From positions 62,001-117,811 of the forward strand of contig CAUYUJ010000130.1 in the NCBI GenBank assembly GCA_963575745.1: DNA of 55,811 bases, read 5' to 3'. Below the pieces are notes generated by a model. The model made no database searches, was not told where the DNA came from, and was given only the letters and a program-made list of their open reading frames with translations. The position numbers and the translations under genes were made by a program. Below are positions 13,823-25,330 of the stretch, piece by piece; within the stretch, counting starts at the first letter, position 1; each line of letters begins with the position of its first letter. The stretch comes from Prorocentrum cordatum. Its lineage: Eukaryota.

Positions 13823-14909
13823 TGTTTGTACAGGGAGAGACTATCGGGGGCACGGTACCTACCCCTCCCCCGCCCCTGCCTCCCCCCGCCATTGACCCGA
13901 TCGGCTCCGAAGATGAGTATTGCCCATTCGAGTTTGATTGAGGCGTGGCTGACAGCATTGGCTGCCTGGCCAGCTGAATGCATTCCTGTCCATGTTCCCA
14001 GCCTCTCTAGTGCCGTGATTATGTGCAGATAGCTCTGTCCCTGAGGCGGGGGCCCAGTTCCTATCGAGACGCGGTTTCCGCCGCCAGAGGCGTGCGTGCC
14101 TCTCCCCTCGTTTGCAGCCTGCCTCCGCCGCGCCCGAGTTGCAGCATCGATCGAGCGTGCGCACCAGCCTGCATAGCTGACCAGGACAGGATCCGCGAGA
14201 GTGCGGTCCAGCGACGGGCTCCGCAAGCCTCACATGTACTCCCATCAGTCGGCACACAGCCCCACTCGTCGAGTAAAAAAATGCTGCTCCCCTCCTCCTC
14301 CTCCTCCCCCTCCCCCTCCTCCTCCTCCCCCTCCCCCTCCCCCTCCTCCTCCTCCTCCTCCTCCTCCTCCTCCTCCTCCTCGTCCTCCTCCTCCTCCTCT
14401 ACTGGCGGTTCTGCGGCAAGGATTGTCGGGCACCCCGTCGGCGACACTCCCTGGCCACCGACAGCCTGCCCCCTGCTCGCATCCAGCCGTGCGGAGGAGA
14501 AGCTGGAGCCCGCGCGCGCGAGCACCGGTCGGAGGACAGGGCCCAAGACACCAAGCTAAAACGACGCGCAGATCGGGACAAAATCGGATCGGGATAGCTC
14601 GAAATCTCTGAGAATCGGCGGGTTTGGAGGATGTATTGGGCGCCGCGGCCGCTCCAGAGCGTTCTGGAACGCTCTGAGAGCGCTCCGGGACGCTCTGGAG
14701 CGATGTATCCCGATTCTAGCCCTGTTTTACAAGCCCTGGTCTTCTTAGGTCGGGCCCGTCCCTCTACAAGGGGAGTATTCGGAGATAGCCAAACCATTTT
14801 CTGGGGACGATTTTTGAGCATCTTTCGACCATTTTGCGGAGGAGAAGTTGGAGCCCGCACGCGCGAGCACTGGTCGGAGGAAGGGGGCCCAAGACACCAG
14901 GCCCTGGTC

Positions 14910-15071
14910 TTAAGTCGGGCCTGTCCCTCTACAGGGGGAGTATTCAAAAATAGTACCAACAAATAGTCTGGGGACGATGTTTGAGCATCTTCTGACCATG
15001 TGGCAATATTTGTTTGATATGTTTGTATCTTCCGGCGAAAATCCCCCGGTAGGGGGACACGCCCGACTTAA
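14910..15071. mobile_element. MITE family A, best-preserved copy, 8-bp TSD CCCTGGTC (hAT-like)
   Basis: TIRs TTAAGTCGGGCCTGTCCCTCTACAGGGGGA / TCCCCCGGTAGGGGGACACGCCCGACTTAA. CCCTGGTC lies at 14902-14909 and 15072-15079. A partial copy starts at ~14745. Confidence 0.8.
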
Positions 15072-16785
15072 CCCTGGTCTGTAGCCTCCCATCCTGGCCC
15101 AGGCTCTCCACGTGGAGAGCGCGTCTGCCTTAGACGAGGCGTGGCCGAGTCGCGCGGGTCACAGTCTCCGCCATGGCCCGCAGCACGCGGGCGTCGCTCT
15201 GCATGGATCGTCGGGAGCGGGGTGCGCCGAGAACGTTTTTGTGGTTGAACTCTCATCTCTAAAGTGTCATTTCTGAAGAGCTCTCGTTGTTGTTTTTGAA
15301 TTCTCGTCTCTAGAGGATAATTTCTGTTGATCCCCACCCCCGATGCCCATGGAGTTTTTTTTGTTGTCAATTCCGGTGCTCCTCCCGGGGTTCGTTTTTT
15401 TGCTTGTTCGTAAAAGACGAAGCACAGGGGAAAGGCTTGAGGCTCATATTGGGTTGCTGGCACCCGAATTACGGCAACAACAGCAAGAGCTCCCGCCTGG
15501 TGCTACCTCACAAAGGGTATTCCACAATCGCGTTCTCGCGCGGGACCTCCTCACGATGTATGCAGGGATCGCGCTCTCGCGCGTCACATCCCCGCAGTTC
15601 ATACAGACGCCGCGCCCTCGACACTCAGGAATCACGCTCTCGCCCTGGCCTTTCTCCCGATTTATTTTGGAATCGCGCTAGAGATTTCTTCGCGATTCAT
15701 GCAGGGCTCACGCTTCAGCAACCCGCCTGGTCGATCTGGCCGCTTGGCCCGCCTTCCCGACCCGCCCGATAGAGTCTACCCGCCCGATCTGCCCGTCTCG
15801 TTCTGCCACGTGTTTTCTCCTCCTAGCCTTTCTCCTGCTAATCTCGCGCGTGCTGCATCCTTCTCCCTCCCCCTTGCATCCGTCCTCTCTTCCACTGTTT
15901 TAGGGGCTGCGCTAAATACACGTGGCGAATAAGGAAGGAACACCCCAAGGGGGTAAGTGGGTACGATCGAAGACGAAGAGAGTGGGTACCGAGCTTTTGG
16001 GATATTCGTGTCGAGTGGCACGCGAGCAGATAATAACGAGCAGTCTTACTTTGATCACCAGTATTATTCATAGTGGTGTCATTTGTGTTATTGTTGTTGT
16101 TTCTGCTGTTGCTGTAGGTGTTGTTGTAATTCTAGTAGCTGCTCTTGTTGTTGTTGTTGAACATTATTTATTCTAAAGAATAATTATTGTTGGGCCCCCT
16201 GGTGCGCGCCCCCCCTGCGCCGCCTAGGCCGCAGCTACATTTTCATCATTTTCGTGAGGAAGCCTCAGAAAAGAGGGTGTGTACAGGATCCGGTTGTTTT
16301 GTTGTAATCCGCTTTCCCTTGCAAAAAACAATAGAAAATGACATTTCTTGTTCTAATATAATCAAATTTCAAGAATCCCTTGCAAAAAATAAGGTAAAGT
16401 GGACATTCGCGCGCGCAAGACGAAATCCTTCCAAAACCTTAGTGTTCGCAGCGATTTTAACATAAAAACATCAAAAAAACCAATGGTTTTTCAACAAAAA
16501 ATTGTCAAAATCTCATCCCGCGCGCTCTTGCGGATTCGTAGGAAACCCAACACTTTTTAAACATTTCTGTCAAACGGGCTTTTGCGAGCAACTTTTTCGA
16601 ACTTCTGCGACAACGGTTGCGCACCTGCCAGGGCCATCAATCCCTGTCAAATAATACCATGCGGGACACATTCGTTTTTTCTTTGCGCCGTTCCCGCCCC
16701 TCCCCTCTCTTCTCTCCTTTCCTCCTTGTCCTGCTTCTCCTCCTCCTCCTCCTCCGGCGGGGGGCGTGAGGATCCGGCATCGCTC

Positions 16786-16996
16786 ACAACCATCGGGACA
16801 ACCATCGGGACAACCATCGGAACAACCATCGGGACAACCATCGGGACAATCATCGGGACAGTCATCGGGACAACGATCGGGACAAGCACAACCATCAGGA
16901 CAACCATCGGGACAATCATCGGGACAACGATCGGGACAACCACAACCATCAGGACAACCATCGGGACAACCATCGAGACAACCATCGGGACAACCA
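16786..16996. repeat. 12-bp minisatellite (ACAACCATCGGG)n
   Basis: About 16 tandem copies with variants. Confidence 0.9.
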
Positions 16997-17430
16997 TATC
17001 CTCTCTCTCTTGTGTATTCCCACATCCCTCAGGAATTTGCCCTAAAGATGTGATCAACTATCTTGTGAGTACGTATCATGTGTATCATGTGTATCATGTA
17101 CCATATGCATCATATGCAACAGATGTTCTGTGGAAGGCTTAACAACTTCTGTGGGTTAACAAGGCTTAACAACTTCTGTGGGTGTACGAACGTAGGCTTA
17201 ACAACTTCTGTGGGTGTGTACTCCACGCCAGTGTAGTAGCCACGGTCGTCCGCAGGCCACGAAGTGAAGTGTCCGAACGTCATAGGGCGGGAAGCTGGGT
17301 GTGGGTGGTGGCGAAGAGTCGTGTGGATATTTGGTAGAGCTTGCACTGCCCCCCCACAAAGTGGGGGTATTGGCTGGCGTCGCATGAAAACCCTGGCACT
17401 GGTGAGAACACTGAGCGTTCGGGTAAAGTG

Positions 17431-17469
<39 letters not shown>

Positions 17470-17479
17470 GGTGTTGTTG

Positions 17480-17511
<32 letters not shown>

Positions 17512-18340
17512 GGTGGTGGTGGTGCTCGTGCTGTTATTGTTGTTGTGGTTGTTGAAGAGGGACGGGCGCAGAGTCCCGGCCCCCCCCCCAAGCAACCAGC
17601 AGCCCAGCACCCCCCCAGGAGGGCCGAAGGCCCCCCCCCTGGGGGGCGAACTGTGCCCCGGATTGGTGATTCTAGAGGTCCCTTAGGAGTTCCTGAGGCC
17701 TCTTGGGAATTCTGGCCTCTTGGGAGTTCTGGAGGCCTCTTGGGGCTGACCTTCTCGCCGATTGAAACTTTTCTGGGTTTCTCCCGAGGGGGGCTATTGA
17801 TAGGGAACAGTCTTAAAGCGTTCCCCGACGGGGAAGAAGAGCGCTGGAAGTGGAAAATTCGCTGAACCACTCACGCCCAGAGGGCTGGCGGGATTTTTCC
17901 TTGCCAAGAGGCCAATGGGCAGACAGGCACGCGAGGCCCCCAGCAGTGGCCCAGCGTGGCCCATGATGTGCCCACGATGGGGCAAGATGGGCTCCAAGAT
18001 GGCACCCGAAGGCCCGAGATGGCTCGACATAGTTGCCGAGGTGCTTTCTCTGGAAGATCCGTGCATTTGGAATTGGTGGGAGGGGTAGGATGGCAGATGC
18101 GGCGCCACGCGTCCTTCCGGGTCGCGCGCTGTGTATCGGGGTCTCCAGAGAGGGTCCCCAGGCCGGCTGGGAGTGGGAGGCGGCGGATATGGCGACCCTG
18201 TTCCAAGCGAGGTCGTTCCCACCTCCACATCTATTGTCCTAGCTGCCTCTGCCTCGGTTCTCGCCTGGCCCCACCCCCTCCTGCTTCTCGTGCGCCCAGC
18301 GTCTCCCCCTCGTGCGTCCCTCGTGCTGGTTCTCGGCCCA

Positions 18341-18517
18341 CCCTGGCTCCTGATCCGCCGTACTTTGGATGATTTTCCGACCTAAAATTGTGTCGGAAAT
18401 CGACGCCGAAGGAGCCTCAAGGGCGGAAATCGACGCTCAAAGGGGCCTCAAAAGTAGGGCGGAAATTTCCGCCCTACTTTCGAAATCGCCCAAAGTAGGG
18501 CGGATCAGGAGTCAGGG
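18341..18517. mobile_element. MITE family B, 177 bp, CCC...GGG termini, ~29-bp TIRs
   Basis: TIRs CCCTGGCTCCTGATCCGCCGTACTTTGG / CCAAAGTAGGGCGGATCAGGAGTCAGGG. Flanked by the 14-bp direct repeat TGGTTCTCGGCCCA. Near-identical copy at 41352-41528. Confidence 0.9.
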
Positions 18518-18554
18518 TGGTTCTCGGCCCAGCTTTTTTTTGGCATGGTCCCAG

Positions 18555-18611
18555 GCCAGCGCGGTGACGGATTACAACGTGAAGCCTCTCTTCGAGCACC
18601 TGCTCCAGGAG
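18555..18611 (+). CDS. Rab-family small GTPase, internal exon (ASAVTDYNVKPLFEHLLQE; G5 box and helix 5)
   Basis: T-rich tract and CAG acceptor, 57 nt in phase 0, GC donor. The SA.T..NV..LF pattern is typical of Rab/Ras proteins. Confidence 0.8.
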
Positions 18612-18679
18612 GCCAGGACCGCAGACCCGAGCAGCTCGCGGTGCGATCGTGGAGCGGGGGGCTCCTCCTCCTCCTCCTC

Positions 18680-19092
18680 CACCTCCTCCCCCTCCCCCTC
18701 CTCCTACTCCTCCTCCTCCTCCTCCTCCTCCTCCTCTTCCTCCTCCCAGTCCTCCCCCTCCTCCCCCTCCTCCTCCCCCTCCTCTTAGGGGCTCCTGAGA
18801 GCGGGAGGCAGACGGTGGAAGCCGCCGGGCGTGGTGGGCAAAGCGGAGGCTGGCGGGCTCGGATCCAGGGCGGAGGAGGAGGAGGAGGATCCTCCCCCTC
18901 CCCCTCCTCCTACTCCTCCTCCTCCTCCTCCTCCTCCTCCTCTTCCTCCTCCCAGTCCTCCCCCTCCTCCCCCTCCTCCTCCCCCTCCTCTTAGGGGCTC
19001 CTGAGAGCGGGAGGCAGACGGTGGAAGCCGCCGGGCGTGGTGGGCAAAGCGGAGGCTGGCGGGCTCGGATCCAGGGCGGAGGAGGAGGAGGA
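18680..19092. repeat. Recent tandem duplication, ~206-bp unit
   Basis: CCTCTTAGGGGCTCCTGAGAGCGGGAGGCAGACGG...GGATCCAGGGCGG is identical at 18781 and 18987. Confidence 0.85.
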
Positions 19093-19543
19093 GGATCGAG
19101 GAGGAGGAGGAGGAGGAGGAGGAGGAGGATCAAGGAGGAGGAGGAGGAGGAGGAGGAGCAGGAGGAGTATAGGCTGAGGAGGAGGCCAAAGGAGCAGGAG
19201 GAGTAGGAGGATGAGGAGGAGGAGGAGGAGGAGGAGCAGGAGGATGAGGAGGAGGAGGAGCAGGAGGATGATGAGGAGGAGGAGGAGGAGGAGGAGGAGG
19301 AGGAGGAGGAGGAGCAGGAGGACCTATGGGCTGCAGGTGCTGGTCTGGGCCTCCCAGAGGGGGTCGGGGCAGATGGGGCCGGGTAATCGCGTCGCATCGC
19401 CGATGCATCGCCGACGCGGCTCGATGCGGAGCCCGATGTGCTTCACGTCGACGTCGCCGACGCATCGCCCACGTCGCCGATGCATCGCCGGTGCATCGCG
19501 GATGTATCGGCGATGCGGCGCGATCCTCCGACCCCGTCGACAC

Positions 19544-19702
19544 TGAAATCGGGCCTGTCCCTCTACATGGGGAATACTGAAACATAGTCAGAAATGATCT
19601 GGTGACTATTTGTTCAGTATGTTTGAGCATTTTTGGAGCATTTTTGGGGTATGTTCTATTTTTCGTCCAAAATCGGCCTGTAGGGGGACAGGCCCGACTT
19701 AA
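19544..19702. mobile_element. MITE family A copy
   Basis: Ends TGAAATCGGGCCTGTCCCTCTAC / GTAGGGGGACAGGCCCGACTTAA. Flanks GTCGACAC / GTCTACTC match 6/8, consistent with a decayed 8-bp TSD. Confidence 0.75.
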
Positions 19703-20391
19703 GTCTACTCCGACTTTATCCAGGACGCCTCTATGTTGGCATCACAGAAGAGGAGGGTGGCGGGGGATGCCAGAGGTGCGGTGGAGGCGTGGAGTGGGGC
19801 CAGGGGTGCGGAGAGCAGAGGGGGGAGGGTGAGGAGGAGGAGGAGGCGGAGGAGGAGCAGTGTAAGCCAGGTTCAAGGACACTGCAGCAGAGCCAGAGCA
19901 TCCGATTAAGAGATCTCCTCCGAAAAGCTCGGCCAGCATCTGTTGACCCACTTGCTGGCAATCTTGGGCACGCTCGCCCCTCCAGTGTTAACAACAGAGA
20001 TCGGCCCAGCCTTATTGTAAGAACCTTCGGGGAAGCTGGTCCTGATTTCTTAAGTGAGGATGTTTTTGATCACATGTTCGGCTGTACGGGCTGGAGACAG
20101 TGCAAAGCAGACACCTGGTGCGTGTGTGGAGCGGCGGTGAGCGAGGGGGGAAGTCAGAAGGAGAAGGCCTTCTCAGAAGGCGGCGGGACTTCTCGGAAGC
20201 CCTCGCGCCCTCTGTAAGGTTTTTCGGTGTCTTCGGGGAAGGCTTAGAAGACTTCTCAAAAGGCCGGGGGACTTCCGAGCCTTCTGAGAAGGCCCGCCCC
20301 TTCTCACTTCCCCCTCAGGCTCGCCGCCGAAAGGCGAGGCGGAGGGGCGCGGGAACGACCTCGAAGACGACGACGCCGACGACGAGGACGA

Positions 20392-20423
<32 letters not shown>

Positions 20424-20698
20424 ACGACGAGGACAACGTGGAGGAGGACGACGACGACGACGGCGACGACGACGGCGGCGACGACGACGACGACGAGGAC
20501 GGCGTTGAGGACGACAACGACAACGACGACGACGAGGACGACGTGGAGGACGACGACGAGGACGACGCCGCCGACGACGACGACGACGAGGACGACGTGG
20601 AGGAGGACGACGACGACGACGACGGCGACGGCGACGACGACGGCGACGGCGACGGCGACGACGACTGCGACGGCGAAGGCGACGGCGACGGCGACGGT

Positions 20699-20737
<39 letters not shown>

Positions 20738-21079
20738 AGCTACGGCGACGACGACGACGACGAGGACGCGGACGTGGAGGGGGAGTTCTGGGACGGGAAG
20801 ACGACGATTGGGCGCGACGGGAAGTGCTGGGACCTCTGAGGCCTCCCAGGGGCTGCGGGGGTCCCTATAAAGGGCTCCACGTGGCTCGACACGACCAGCA
20901 CGGATGCTCCAATCCTTGGTCCTCGAAGATCGAGGAGGAGGGGGAGGAGGAGGCGGCCGAAGAGGGGGAGGAGGAGGGGGAGGATTCAGGAAGAGGAGGA
21001 AGACCAGGGGGGATCAAGGAAGAGGAGGAGGAGGAGAAGGAGGAGGAGGGGGAGGAGGAGGGAGGGAGGAGGAGGATGA

Positions 21080-21110
<31 letters not shown>

Positions 21111-21205
21111 TGGAGGAGGGGGAGGAGGAGGAGGAGGAGGAAGCGCGGATGAGGAGGAGGAGAGGAGGAGAGGGAGGAGGGGGGGAGGAGGAGGATGGGG
21201 AGGAG

Positions 21206-21240
<35 letters not shown>

Positions 21241-21599
21241 GGGGGAGGAGGAGGGGGAGGAGGAGGAGGAGGAAGAGGAGGAGGAGGAGGAGGAGGAGGA
21301 GGAGGAGGAATGGGGAGGAAGAGCGAAGAGAAGGAGGAGGATCGAGGAGGAGGAGGAGGAGGACGGAGTTTTGGGGAGGAGCGAAGAGACGGAGGATGAT
21401 CGAGCAGGAGGAGGAGGCCGATGATCGAGGAGGTGGAGGAGGATCGAGGAGGCGGAGGAGGATCGACGAGGTGCAGGAAGATGGCCAGTGTAAACCTAAG
21501 GCGAACCAGCGATATTGCAATACACCCTCCCTCCAAATTCCCCCTTCATATGTCCTTGAAGGAATTTATGTTTCTTAGCGGGAAAGGACCCATTTGAAG

Positions 21600-22140
21600 A
21601 CAACCGTCGGAGAGGCCTCAATCGTGCCAAACACATTTTTTTGGACTTCAGCGCCGCGGATCAAGGTGACTGTTGCGTCTTGAAGGTCGACGCCGTCCCT
21701 GGGATTTCGAGACCACTAACCCACGTGGCTGTTAGGCCCTGGCAATCCCAAGTCGTGCCATAACACAATATTGGGACTTCGATTGGACGAATTCTTTGAA
21801 CGGCCGGAAACTGTTTAAAGCGAGTGTGCACGGGCACTATGACGGGAGCCACGCTTTGAACAGGATCCATTTTCGAATCTAGTGCAGACGATTAAGACGA
21901 ATGTGTGCTGCGCCAAGGCGAGAGTCACATGTTGAACACAACCCACCCTCCATGTGAAACTGTTGTCAACATTTAAGACACATGTGCGCGGCGTTAAGGC
22001 GAGATCCACGTTTGAAAGAACGCCCGCCCTCCATCTGTGGAGCTCTCGCAAAGCTCGAGCTTCAGGATCATACATGGCAGGAGAGTCTCAAGCGAAACGC
22101 CTGGTCCGCCCCACGGACACGTCTGGGGGTGCGACAGGAA
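21600..22140 (+). repeat. Unclassified dispersed repeat family C; ends in GCGACAGGAAG followed by (GGA)n
   Basis: 22060-22140 is homologous to 32135-32220 (inverted) and 43625-43700 (direct). Left boundary approximate. Confidence 0.65.
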
Positions 22141-22487
22141 GAGGATCGGGGAGGAGGATCGAGGAGGAGGGTCGGGGAGGAGGATGAGGAGGAGGAGGAG
22201 GAGGATGAGGAGTAAGGAGTGAGAGGAGGAGTAGAGGAGGAGGATGAAGAATGAGAGGCTCGAGGGAGGAGGAGGATGAGAGGAAGGAGGAGTATGAGGA
22301 GGATGAGGAGGATGAGAATAGGAGGAGGTAGGAGTGGTTTGGTTCGTGTCTTGGAGGCGGAGGAGTGGCATGAAAGGTAGGTGTAGTATGTGGAGGAGGA
22401 GGTAGGGGCAACCGAATAGAGGAAGGAGAGGAGGAGGAGGAGGAGGAAGAGGAGGAGGATGCGGCGGCGGCGTCGTCGGCGTCGCCT

Positions 22488-22534
<47 letters not shown>

Positions 22535-22943
22535 TGCGTCGTCGTCGTGGACGACGATTAGAAGCTGGCTGGAAGAGGCGGCGGGCGTCCGGGCTGGCGT
22601 GTGTGTGGGGGGGGGAGGGGTCGCGGGGCGCCAGCCTTGTCGCCACAGACACATCTGGCCACCTCTTCCGCCTCCTCGTCCTTCTTCCGCCTCCTCCTCC
22701 TCCGCCTCCTCTTCGTCCTCCGTCTCCTCCTCTTCCTCCTCCTCGACCTGCCCCTCCTCCTCCTCCTCCTCCTCCTCCTCCGCCGCCTCCTTGTCCCTCT
22801 TCGGCCTCCGCCTCCTCCTCCTCCTCCTCCGCCGCCTCCCCCGCATTCTCGGCCTCGTCCTCCTCTGTCTCCTCCGCCTCTTCCTTCTGGTGCCTGTGCC
22901 CGTGGCGGGCTTCGTCGACGATCTGGCGTCATCGTATCATCCT

Positions 22944-22979
<36 letters not shown>

Positions 22980-23332
22980 CTCCTCGTCGATTCTCCCCGA
23001 ACATCCTGGATCCTCGTCGATTCTCCTCTTCTCCTTCTCCTCCTCTTCCTCCTTCTCCCGCTCCTCCTCCCTAACCCCCCCCGAACCTCCTCGATTCTCC
23101 TCGATTATCGTCGTCCTCCTCCTCCTCCTCCTCATCCTCCTCCTCTTCCTTCTCGTTCCTCCTCTTCGTTCCTCCTCCTCCTCCTGCTCCTCCTCCTCGA
23201 TCCTCCTCGAACCTCCTCGATCCTTTTCGATTATTTCCTTCCTCCTCCTCCTCCTCCTCCTCCTCCTCCTCATCATCATCATCATCAGCAGCATTATCAT
23301 TATCCTCCTCCTCCTCCTCCTCATGATCATCG

Positions 23333-23397
<65 letters not shown>

Positions 23398-23432
23398 GTC
23401 ATCACCGTCATTATCGTTATTATTATCATCAC

Positions 23433-23523
<91 letters not shown>

Positions 23524-23930
23524 GTCATCATCATCATTATCATCATTCTCATCATTCTCATTATTATCCTCCTCTTGCTTTCCCGCTTCTCCTTCTTGAT
23601 CCTCCCCGAATTTCCTCGATGGTCCTCTATTATCCTCCTTCTTCGTCTCCTCCTCCTCCTCCTCCTTATCCTCCTCCTCCTCCTCCTCCTCCCCCTCCTT
23701 CTCCTTCTCCTCCTCCTTCTCTTCCTCCTCCTCCTCCTCCTCCTCCTCGTTCCTGCTCTTCGTTCCTCCTCCTCCTCCTCCTCCTCGATCCTCCTCCTCG
23801 ATCCTCCTCGATCCTCCTCGATCCTCCTCGACCCTCCTCGATCCTTGATCCTCCTCGATCCTCCCCCTCGATCTCCTTTCTCTCGATCCTCCTCCGGGCG
23901 AGAGACCGGCCGGCCGGCCCGCCCCCCGAG

Positions 23931-23945
23931 GTCTACAACCGGGAG
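23931..23945 (+). CDS. Probable Rab micro-exon (VYNRE)
   Basis: GAG|GTCTACAACCGGGAG|GTGCGG. Continues LLQE-VYNRE, like the Rab11-type helix 5 end (TEIY). The exon 3' end is uncertain. Confidence 0.5.
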
Positions 23946-24243
23946 GTGCGGGCCGTGAAGCCGGAGCGGCCCGCCAGCGGGCTGCTGATGCGGCCGGGGG
24001 GCGCGGGCGAGGACCTGTCGGGGCCTCCCCCGGGGAAGCGTCCCGTTGGCCTTGCTGCCTCTCCCCCTCCTCCTCCTCCTCCTCCTCCTCCTCCTCCTCC
24101 TCCTCCTCCTCCTCCATTCCTTGTCCTTATGAATGTAACTCCGCCCCGTCGCACCCCGATGCCAGCCGGAGGGGCGGAAATGGGCGTTCCGCCTGAGACC
24201 TCCTCACCGCTCATGGTCCTGAGGCTTAGGAGCTGGCAACAGC

Positions 24244-24428
24244 CCCAGACATGATGGCGTCGTAAAAAAATCAGGACGGGAGGTTTTTCGCTATTTTCGG
24301 CCCCGGGGGGCCCTCGCCGGGCCTCGGGACCGTCAGAAAACGACTCGGGACGAAAAACCGGCCCCGGGGAAAGGGTCGGGACTTCCAGGGACGCCGTCCT
24401 GACAAAATCAGGACGTCGCATGTCTGGG
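24244..24428. mobile_element. MITE-like element with CCCAG...CTGGG termini
   Basis: CCCAGACATGATGGCGTCG..AAATCAGGACGG versus CCGTCCTGACAAAATCAGGACGTCGCATGTCTGGG form imperfect TIRs. Confidence 0.6.
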
Positions 24429-24627
24429 CCCTGGTCCTTCGTCTCCCTCGCGCCCTCCCCTCAAGCACAGGCGGCTCGAGGGCGTCCGTTGTGGTTTTGG
24501 CTCCATCGCAAGTCCTCGGGCGCTCCTCGATGCCTCACCGTGGCGCTTGGGTGGCACTCGCGACGCCTGGGTCAGCGAGTCCAGGCTGGGCGGGTTGGCT
24601 AAATCGAGGAGAACAGGGTGAACCGGT

Positions 24628-25330
24628 ATGAGTCGGTGGCTGCTATGCTGGATTGTCCTCGTCGCGCTGGACGGCGAAGGTGACATTCTCGGCAACCACG
24701 CGATCGTCGTCACGGACTCGCGCTACTGCAGTTGCGGAGGCTGCCTCAGCGACGACTGGTGCATTGGGTGCATGGCGAGCGAAGCACTGTGCTGCATCGA
24801 GGTGGAGTTTTGCTGCAAGTCGCTCTGCTACGTCTGCTGCACAATCCGCAGTGGCTCGCCCACCGCGTACTTCGCGTCGCAGGCCCAGGTTTGCTGCAAT
24901 TTCGGCGTGGGCGCTATCTCGTGTGACGAGGCAATGTCCCACATCTTCGGTACGTGCGACATCTTCTGCTATCCTGGGGCCTTTTGGTTGTTGTTTTTGG
25001 GCTTCGACCCCATCTTCCACCGTGCTGGGTTCGGCGCGTGCGAGAAGGGCGACATGTTCTATACAACACGCGGTCCCATCGGAGCGTCGTCACTTACCAT
25101 GCTGGTATGGGCTAGCGTGCCAGGCATCGAGCCGCAGGCCCAGGCGGGCTGCAGGGTTGGCGCGTCCGCCATCCCGTGCGGAGTATTGCCATGCATGTTC
25201 GGCACGTGCGGCTTCATCTGCTATCCTAGAGCCTTATGGTTGCTGTCCTTGGGCCCTGACCTCATCTCCTATTGTGCTGGTATCGTCGCGTGCGAGAAGG
25301 GCGAGCAGTTCTTACAGCACGCGGTCCCAT
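24628..25330 (+). pseudogene. Retro-pseudogene of a small Cys-rich protein, chimeric with PPR fragments and partly duplicated
   Basis: Intronless CCIEVEFCCK..CYVCCTIR..QAQVCC..ISCDE..FGTC..CYP, repeated in part and fused to PDLISYCAGIVACEKGEQ. A relic SL lies upstream at 24485-24506. Confidence 0.55.

Noticed and set aside
20100..24254. Long low-complexity ORFs (also 28400-29900 and 31000-34400)
   Set aside because: They derive from GGA/CCT/GAC/ATC tracts.
24530..24540. Near-match ATGCCTCACCG to the LINE target motif
   Set aside because: It lacks one C and has no adjacent poly(A) or SL junction in the right order.
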